Assembly: GCA_015522145.1 (NCBI GenBank)
Contig: WAMV01000006.1
Coordinates: 1-19,755, forward strand
Length of the DNA: 19,755 nucleotides
DNA from: Candidatus Aenigmatarchaeota archaeon
Lineage (GTDB): Archaea; Aenigmatarchaeota; Aenigmatarchaeia; CG10238-14; WAMV01
Direction of reading: 5' to 3'
The translations under genes and the position numbers were made by a program. A model generated the notes under the pieces. That model was not told the DNA's origin. It did no database searches and saw only the letters and a program-made list of their open reading frames with translations. This document shows positions 7,810 through 14,077 of the stretch, piece after piece. Within the stretch, counting starts at the first letter, position 1; every line of letters starts with the position of its first letter.

Positions 7810-8475
7810 TTATGCTTTTACTTTTTTCTTTATTTGGTTTAAAGGACGATAGGAGACTACATTTATGATAATACCATATTTTTTGTAAAATTCTAGTGCT
7901 AGACGTATTATTTGATCCATAACGCTTGGTTCTATATCAGACAAAAGCTGAATGTCTACATCACTTAAGTAGTTCACATCTCCATTCTCATACTTTCTAA
8001 TAACAAAATTCTTGTTTGTATTAAATAAAGAACCTTTAAAAATTGTATTAATATCTTTTTTAATCTCTTTTTTTAATTGAGATACGAAATTTTGGGCTAA
8101 TTGTTTAGCATAAGAAATCTCATTCTCGTTTGCAACAAAATCTTCTATATTGCCCTGATAAAAAATCGGAGGCTTTAAATAATAAGTGCTATCGTCCCAA
8201 TATTCTTTTTTCGGTCTTAAAATTTTCCATTCTTTATATTTGGGTATTGATTTATAGTAGCCTATAATTAGATCTAATATCTTTTTTTGAAATCCGCTTG
8301 AATTATGAGCTAGCAACAAAACCTTTGGCATAATTATGTATAAACCATGAAAATTTTCACAAATGGTTGTTTGATACATTACTTGGGTTATTTTTCTAAA
8401 ATCTTGAGAACTAAAGCTATGAGTTTCTTTTTCGACATCCATCAAAAATTTCTCTATAGATAAAATGCTTTTCAC
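7810..8475 (-). CDS. Protein with a C-terminal Pol-beta/MNT-like nucleotidyltransferase domain and an unknown N-terminal domain
   Basis: Helix followed by IFKGSL...LSDVDIQLL (GS plus DxD), then a helix and KYGIIINVV, which is the MNT pattern. GTG start. The N-terminal ~115 aa are unrecognised. Confidence 0.65.
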   Translation of the reverse strand: MKSILSIEKFLMDVEKETHSFSSQDFRKITQVMYQTTICENFHGLYIIMPKVLLLAHNSSGFQKKILDLIIGYYKSIPKYKEWKILRPKKEYWDDSTYYLKPPIFYQGNIEDFVANENEISYAKQLAQNFVSQLKKEIKKDINTIFKGSLFNTNKNFVIRKYENGDVNYLSDVDIQLLSDIEPSVMDQIIRLALEFYKKYGIIINVVSYRPLNQIKKKVKA

Positions 8476-8499
8476 ATTTTTAGGTAAGATAGAAAAAAA

Positions 8500-8937
8500 T
8501 TAATTTTTAACCCACACCCAAACAAAGCTTAGAGAATAATTAAACAAAAATCCTAATGCTATGTCTACTAAATTAGCTAGCAAATAATAAATGTAAAAAA
8601 ACTCGACTAACAAAAATAAAATAGCTAGGTTAATTATCATACCTCCCACTCTAGCCAAATTTGATTTTACTAATCTCTTAAAAAATTGGAATTTGCCTGG
8701 AGCTCTTCTATCTCTAAAAACAAAAAAATCGTTAAGCAAAAAAACAAAAATAATGCTTGCCTCAATAGCTACTAATCCAGAAATTAGATAAAAAATTCCA
8801 ATCTTTTCTGTCAATAGGTACAAAATGGACTCGTTAAAAATTACTCCTAAAGCTCCTACCATAGCAAATTTTATCATTCTGGAAATATCTTTGAAACCAA
8901 ACTTTTCTAAAAAATTCAAAGTTTTATTTTGTGACAT
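8500..8937 (-). CDS. GtrA family membrane protein (lipid-linked sugar translocase-like)
   Basis: KFAMVGALG...N, LND-x-x-VFRDR, four hydrophobic helices, terminal FNY...WVW. Its start overlaps the valS 3' end by 22 nt. Confidence 0.9.
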   Translation of the reverse strand: MSQNKTLNFLEKFGFKDISRMIKFAMVGALGVIFNESILYLLTEKIGIFYLISGLVAIEASIIFVFLLNDFFVFRDRRAPGKFQFFKRLVKSNLARVGGMIINLAILFLLVEFFYIYYLLANLVDIALGFLFNYSLSFVWVWVKN

Positions 8938-11216
8938 GCTATCAAATCTTCTTTAAACTCTTCTAGCTCCTCTGGAATTTCTACGCTGATTTCTTCCTTT
9001 AACGATTTACCCATACTTCTTTTCTTATTCCAGACAAAAGAGTTGAATTCCATAAGTTTTTTTCCTTTTTCAATTAAGCTTTCATCAAAATCTTTTAACT
9101 CGTAAACAAATGTATGTACGCTTTGATTATAAATTTCCCTGAACAAAAAGTCTGTTAAAGCTGGTATTATTGGTGCCCATAGTTTTAAAATTTCTTTAAG
9201 CACGTAATGCAAAGTATAGCTTGCTGAAGCATCACCGGCTTTAGCTCTTTCCTTAACTAGCTCTATGTAATGGCTTGCAAAAACATCCCAAGTAAAGCTG
9301 TAAAGTTTTTGGGCAGCTACATGTATGTCTATGTTTTCATAGGCCTTAACAACTTCTTTCTTTAACTTTTCCAGCTCTGAAATTATCCATTTATCGCTAG
9401 GCTTTAATTCATCTGCTTGCTTTTCCTCAAACATGGAAACAAATCTCGCTATGTTAATCAATTTTGTAAGGAACTTTTTTGTACCTTCTATTTTGGCTTC
9501 GCTTATCCTGTAGTCTGAGCCTATGGTGCACTCCAGAGATACCCATAAGCGTAAAGCATCTGCTCCATGTTTTCTCAATATTTCTTCTGGATCAATAATA
9601 TTACCTAAGCTTTTGCTCATCTTCCTTCCTTTCTCATCTAAACCCATGCCGTTAATCATCACATGCTCAAAAGCTCTCTTGCCAGTGATTTGATAAACCC
9701 TTAGCAAAGAATAGTAAAGCCACGTTCTTATTATATCATAACCTTGAGGCCTTAACTTTACGCCATTAAACGTTTTTTCGAAAAATTCATTATCTCGCAA
9801 GAACTTTGTTATGAATAAAATTGAAATTGAGCTGTCAAACCATGTATCAAGTATTCTTTCTTCTCCAATCCATTCATTGCTTCCACATTTTGGACATTTT
9901 TCAATGGGGGGATTTTCTTTCCAAGGCCTATAATATTTGCCTGGTTCAGGCAAGTAAATGTAATTGCATGTTTTGCATTTCCATAAAGGAATCTCTGTAC
10001 CATAGTAACGCTTGCGTGATATTGGCCAGTCTGTAGTTATGCTGTTTATCCAGTTTAAAAGCTTTATTCTGTGATGCTCTGGGTGCCAGTTTATTTGACT
10101 GTCAATCTCTTTTATTTTATCCCTGAACTCTAATTGCTTCAAGAAATATTCTTTGCTATGAATTATCTCTATAGGCGTCCTGCATTTATCATGAACTGGT
10201 ACGCTACTTTCAACCTCTTCCTCCTTTGCATAATAGCCTTTTTCTTTGAGTAATTCCACAATTTTTTCCCTGGCTTCAGAAACGCTTAAGCCTTTTAGAA
10301 TTTCATCCTCCATCTTTCCTTCTTGATTTATTATAACATTTCCTTTCATTCCAAGCTCTCTGAATATCCTTACGTCAGTTAAATCACCGTAAGAGCATAT
10401 CATCATTACGCCTGTACCAAACTCTGGCTTAGCTTCATTTCTTGCCATTATAGGAACCTCTATGTTATAAATTGGCACAATTGCTTTCTTACCTTCCAAA
10501 TGTTTGTACCTTTCATCTTCGGGATTGAAAATTACTAAACCACATGCTCCCAGAAGCTCTGGTCTTGTGGTAGCTATTGTTATGATACCATTTTCTTTTA
10601 GAGGGAAATTTATGTAGTAAAGTTTTCCTTTTTTGGTTTCGTGCAAAACTTCATTGTCAGCTATTGTTGTTTTACATTTGGGACAGAAGTTTACTGGAAC
10701 ATAATCCTCATAAATTAGGCTTTTTTTCCAGGCATCTATAAAGGTTGCTTGAGTCAAAGCCCTGTATTCATCGCTATCAGTATAGTAAATTTCCTTAAAA
10801 TTAGCAGAAATTAGCAGAGTTTTCATTATTTCTACCATTTTATCGCAGTACTTGTCTAGAACTGTTGAGCATTTCTTTACAAATTCTTCCCTGGGATGCT
10901 CCCACATGTTTATTCCTTCATATTTCTCAACGTACCACTCAACTGGTATACCATTTCTATCTAGGCCTATAGGATAATAAACCTCATAGCCAAGCATTCT
11001 AAAAGCCCTTGCAACAATGTCCTGCATACTATAACTTATAGCCGCACCTATATGCCATACAGGAGCAGGATAAGGTGGGGGTGTATCAATAACAAAAATC
11101 TTCTTCTTTGTGTTTACGTTAAAACCATAAAGCTTTTGCCATTCCTTTTCCCAAATTTTCCTGATTTTACTCTCTATTTCTATATTCCATCTTTTTATCT
11201 CAAGTTGTTTGGCCAT
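8916..11216 (-). CDS. valS: Valine--tRNA ligase, archaeal type
   Basis: IDTPPPYP, HIGA (HIGH variant), G-x-D-x-NG, editing-domain TTRPE and GTG, DWPISR, DTWFDSS, RPQGYDIIRTW, KMSKSLGN, GADALR. Confidence 0.96.
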   Translation of the reverse strand: MAKQLEIKRWNIEIESKIRKIWEKEWQKLYGFNVNTKKKIFVIDTPPPYPAPVWHIGAAISYSMQDIVARAFRMLGYEVYYPIGLDRNGIPVEWYVEKYEGINMWEHPREEFVKKCSTVLDKYCDKMVEIMKTLLISANFKEIYYTDSDEYRALTQATFIDAWKKSLIYEDYVPVNFCPKCKTTIADNEVLHETKKGKLYYINFPLKENGIITIATTRPELLGACGLVIFNPEDERYKHLEGKKAIVPIYNIEVPIMARNEAKPEFGTGVMMICSYGDLTDVRIFRELGMKGNVIINQEGKMEDEILKGLSVSEAREKIVELLKEKGYYAKEEEVESSVPVHDKCRTPIEIIHSKEYFLKQLEFRDKIKEIDSQINWHPEHHRIKLLNWINSITTDWPISRKRYYGTEIPLWKCKTCNYIYLPEPGKYYRPWKENPPIEKCPKCGSNEWIGEERILDTWFDSSISILFITKFLRDNEFFEKTFNGVKLRPQGYDIIRTWLYYSLLRVYQITGKRAFEHVMINGMGLDEKGRKMSKSLGNIIDPEEILRKHGADALRLWVSLECTIGSDYRISEAKIEGTKKFLTKLINIARFVSMFEEKQADELKPSDKWIISELEKLKKEVVKAYENIDIHVAAQKLYSFTWDVFASHYIELVKERAKAGDASASYTLHYVLKEILKLWAPIIPALTDFLFREIYNQSVHTFVYELKDFDESLIEKGKKLMEFNSFVWNKKRSMGKSLKEEISVEIPEELEEFKEDLIACHKIKL

Positions 11217-11225
11217 AAAAATTTA

Positions 11226-11498
11226 TTAGAAAATTATTTTAAAATCTTGAAATTCTGGTATTTCTTTAAGCTCTTCCACCTCCACTCTTTCAACTTTAGC
11301 TAAAGGTGGGCCTCTTTTGCAAAAGTTTAGCATACTGTTTATTTTTCTTTCCTCTCCTACAAAAACAGCTTCTACGCTTCCATTCGACAAATTTTTGACA
11401 TAGCCTCTTAGGCCAAGAATATCTGCTAACTGTTTGACGCTTGCCCTAAACCCAACACCTTGCACAACACCAAAAATCCTTACTTTTACAGCTTTCAT
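11226..11498 (-). CDS. acyP: Acylphosphatase
   Basis: G-x-VQGVGFR, GYVKNL-x-NGSVE and GPP-x-A-x-V motifs. Confidence 0.96.
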   Translation of the reverse strand: MKAVKVRIFGVVQGVGFRASVKQLADILGLRGYVKNLSNGSVEAVFVGEERKINSMLNFCKRGPPLAKVERVEVEELKEIPEFQDFKIIF

Positions 11499-11537
11499 AC
11501 CAATTTATTTAAGCTACTTTTTTAATTATATTTTCGT

Positions 11538-12527
11538 ATGGAAGTCTACGACATTATTATAGTAGGTGGAGCATCTGCAGGCTTAACTGCAGCTATTTAC
11601 GCAGCTAGACGTAAACTTAACACTTTAGTTATAACCAAAGGGATTGGAGGGCAAGAATTAGAAACAAATAATATAGAAAACTACCCTGGATTTTTAAGAA
11701 TTAGCGGTGTTGAGCTTGCTAACAGAATTTTTGAGCAGGCTGTTAAAAGTGGTGCTCAAATTATTTTGGACGAAGTTGTTAAGGTTGAGGATACAGATGA
11801 AAAAATAAATGATAAGCCTGTTTATGCTATAAAAACTGCCTCAGGCAAAACTTACAAAGCTAAAGCAGTAATACTGGCCTTTGGCAAAACACCACGCAAC
11901 CTAGATGTTCCTGGAGAAAAAGAGTTTGTAGGTAAGGGCGTATCTTATTGTGCAACCTGTGATGCCCCTTTGTTTAAGAATAAAGTAGTGGCTGTTGTTG
12001 GTGGGGGTAATTCTGCCTTTGAGGCTGCTCATATACTAAGCCAGATAGCAAAGAAAGTATATTTGATACACAGAAGAGAACAGTTTAGAGCTTTCGAATA
12101 TCTTGTTGAAAGAGTAAAGAAGCTTGAAAATGTTGAATTCGTGTTAAACACAGTTGTTAAAGAAATAAAAGGTGATATAACAGTCAAAAGTGTTTTAGTG
12201 GAGAATGTTCAAACAGGTGAAACTAAAGAAATTCAAGTTGATGGCGTCTTCATAGAGATTGGAAGTTATGTTAAAACAGATATCGTGGAAGGTTTTGTTA
12301 AGATCGCAAAGAATAATTACATACCTGTTGACAAATTGTGTAGAACTTATAAACCTGATAGTGATGAAATAAAGCCTGGTGTGTTTGCTGCAGGTGATGT
12401 TACTGATATACCTTTCAAGCAATTGGTAGTTTCTGCAGGCCAAGGCTGCGTGGCTGCTTTGCAAGCATATAATTATTTGCATGATTTGGGCGAAACGATT
12501 TTTGCCGACTGGAGCAAATCTCTGTAA
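11538..12527 (+). CDS. trxB: Thioredoxin-disulfide reductase
   Basis: FAD-binding N-terminus (GGASAGLTAAIYAAR), IENYPG, redox motif GVSYCATCD, GGGNSA, HRR (NADPH binding), FAAGDVT. Confidence 0.94.
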   Translation: MEVYDIIIVGGASAGLTAAIYAARRKLNTLVITKGIGGQELETNNIENYPGFLRISGVELANRIFEQAVKSGAQIILDEVVKVEDTDEKINDKPVYAIKTASGKTYKAKAVILAFGKTPRNLDVPGEKEFVGKGVSYCATCDAPLFKNKVVAVVGGGNSAFEAAHILSQIAKKVYLIHRREQFRAFEYLVERVKKLENVEFVLNTVVKEIKGDITVKSVLVENVQTGETKEIQVDGVFIEIGSYVKTDIVEGFVKIAKNNYIPVDKLCRTYKPDSDEIKPGVFAAGDVTDIPFKQLVVSAGQGCVAALQAYNYLHDLGETIFADWSKSL

Positions 12528-12561
12528 AGTTTTTAACTGAGTTTTACTATATAGGTTTTGT

Positions 12562-13659
12562 ATGAAGATAGTAGAGTTTGCTGATGAGTTTGGGCCTGAG
12601 TATATAGTAGAGGTTTATGATCCTAAGCTAAAGATGTATGGAGTGTTAGTTATAGACAATACTGCTCTGGGCCCAGGAAAAGGCGGTATTAGAATGACGC
12701 CAAACGTTACTACACAAGAAGTTTTCAGACTTGCAAGAACAATGACCTGGAAAAATGCTTTGGCAGAATTGCCTTTTGGTGGAGCAAAATCTGGTTTAAG
12801 AATTGGTAAAGTTGATAAAGAAACAAAGGAGAAGTTTGTAAGGGCTTTTGCTAGAAAGCTAAAACCTTTTGTTCCAGAACTTTACGTAGCTGGACCAGAC
12901 GTTAATTCTGGTGAGCAAGAGATGGCTTGGTTTGCTGATGAAATAGGAAACAATAAAGCAGCTACAGGCAAACCAAGAGAAATGGGAGGCTTGCCTCATG
13001 AGCTTGGTTCTACTGGTTATGGGGTTGCTATAGCTACAAAAATTGCCTGCGAATTTGCAAACAGAGAGCTAAATGATTGCAAAGTAGCAATACAAGGCTT
13101 TGGTAATGTGGGTAGTTTTGCAGCAAAGTATTTGCATGAGTGGGGAGCAAAAATTGTGGCTGTGTCTGATAGCAAAGGAACTATATACAATGAAAACGGT
13201 CTGGACATACCAAAGGTTATAGAAGTTAAAAAGGAAACAAGAAGTGTAACAAATTATGAAGATGGTAAAAAGTTAGTTGGAGATGAAATTTTCAAACTAG
13301 ATGTTGACGTGTTAATTCCTGCAGCTTTAACAGATGTAATAAACGAAAACAACAAAGACTTCATCAAAGCTAAAATAATTGTTGAAGGTGCCAACATACC
13401 TATGCGTGAAGATATTGAGAAGGAATTAAGTGATAAGGGCATACTAATAGTACCTGACTTTGTAGCAAACGCTGGCGGCGTAATTTCAAGCTATGCAGAA
13501 TACGTTGGTATGAATGAAGAGCAAATGTTTAAGCTTGTTGAAGAAAAGATAAGCAAAAACGTTAAGTTAGTTCTAGAAAGAGCAAAAGAAGAAAACGTAC
13601 ATACAAGAGATGCTGCTCTTGCTATAGCTAAAGAAAGAGTTTTAGCTAAAATGAACTAA
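12562..13659 (+). CDS. gdhA: Glu/Leu/Phe/Val dehydrogenase, most likely glutamate dehydrogenase
   Basis: GPGKGGIR, MTWKNA, FGGAKSG, GPDV, TGKP, Rossmann QGFGNVG, EGAN, PDFVANAGGVISSY. Confidence 0.88.
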   Translation: MKIVEFADEFGPEYIVEVYDPKLKMYGVLVIDNTALGPGKGGIRMTPNVTTQEVFRLARTMTWKNALAELPFGGAKSGLRIGKVDKETKEKFVRAFARKLKPFVPELYVAGPDVNSGEQEMAWFADEIGNNKAATGKPREMGGLPHELGSTGYGVAIATKIACEFANRELNDCKVAIQGFGNVGSFAAKYLHEWGAKIVAVSDSKGTIYNENGLDIPKVIEVKKETRSVTNYEDGKKLVGDEIFKLDVDVLIPAALTDVINENNKDFIKAKIIVEGANIPMREDIEKELSDKGILIVPDFVANAGGVISSYAEYVGMNEEQMFKLVEEKISKNVKLVLERAKEENVHTRDAALAIAKERVLAKMN

Positions 13660-13769
13660 CCAAACTTTACTTTTTTGTATTTTCTTTTGTAGCCTTTTTT
13701 GTAACCTTTGTATTTTTTCTTTTTTCTTTCCTCAGGTTCTATTTCCTCTATTTCTTCCCAATCAATCAT
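13656..13769 (-). CDS. Putative 37-aa microprotein (acidic N-half, Lys/Tyr-rich C-half), below the ORF-track size cutoff
   Basis: Manual translation: MIDWEEIEEIEPEERKKKKYKGYKKGYKRKYKKVKFG*. It fills the gap, its stop overlaps the gdhA stop, and its ATG is 32 nt from the divergent ATG at 13802. Confidence 0.65.
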   Translation of the reverse strand: MIDWEEIEEIEPEERKKKKYKGYKKGYKRKYKKVKFG

Positions 13770-13801
13770 AATTTAATTTTTAAACAAAGAAAAATAACTT
13801 A

Positions 13802-14077
13802 ATGAAATGGTTAATTTTTTTCCTTAGTCTAATGGATGTTTTGGCGGGTTTGGTTTTATACTATAATCTGAGATTGATTGCTTTTTATCTGGCCTATTTT
13901 ATGATTATTAAAGGTGTTTATTCTTTATTAACAAGTATATCTTCGGGTTATTATTTCGATTGGATGGGCGCCATAGATTTAATAACTGGTATCTTACTTT
14001 ACTTTGATATTTTTAATGTGTTTGGATTAATAACACTTCTCAAAGGTTTATATAGCTTAATTCTTTCCTTATTTTAG
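13802..14077 (+). CDS. Small hydrophobic membrane protein with an internal two-fold repeat
   Basis: About four TM segments. DVLAGLVLY...IIKGVYSL is echoed by DLITGILLY...LLKGLYSL. Its stop overlaps the nrdJ stop. Confidence 0.8.
   Translation: MKWLIFFLSLMDVLAGLVLYYNLRLIAFYLAYFMIIKGVYSLLTSISSGYYFDWMGAIDLITGILLYFDIFNVFGLITLLKGLYSLILSLF

Noticed and set aside
6961..8937. Integrated mobile element at tRNA-Glu
   Set aside because: No integrase, and no direct repeat of the tRNA 3' end was found. Only 9-10 bp matches to AAATCCCGC occur (near 320 and inverted near 7220), consistent with chance.
9809..13442. ORFs 9809-10003, 9821-10036, 11052-11303, 12195-12482, 13017-13208 and 13254-13442
   Set aside because: Nested in or antisense to valS, acyP, trxB and gdhA, with no independent evidence.
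13665..13735. TACAAA/TTTGTA repeats as a CRISPR or tandem-repeat array
   Set aside because: The units are 6 bp with 9-12 bp spacing and are explained by Tyr-Lys codons of the small ORF. There is no repeat-spacer structure and no cas gene.
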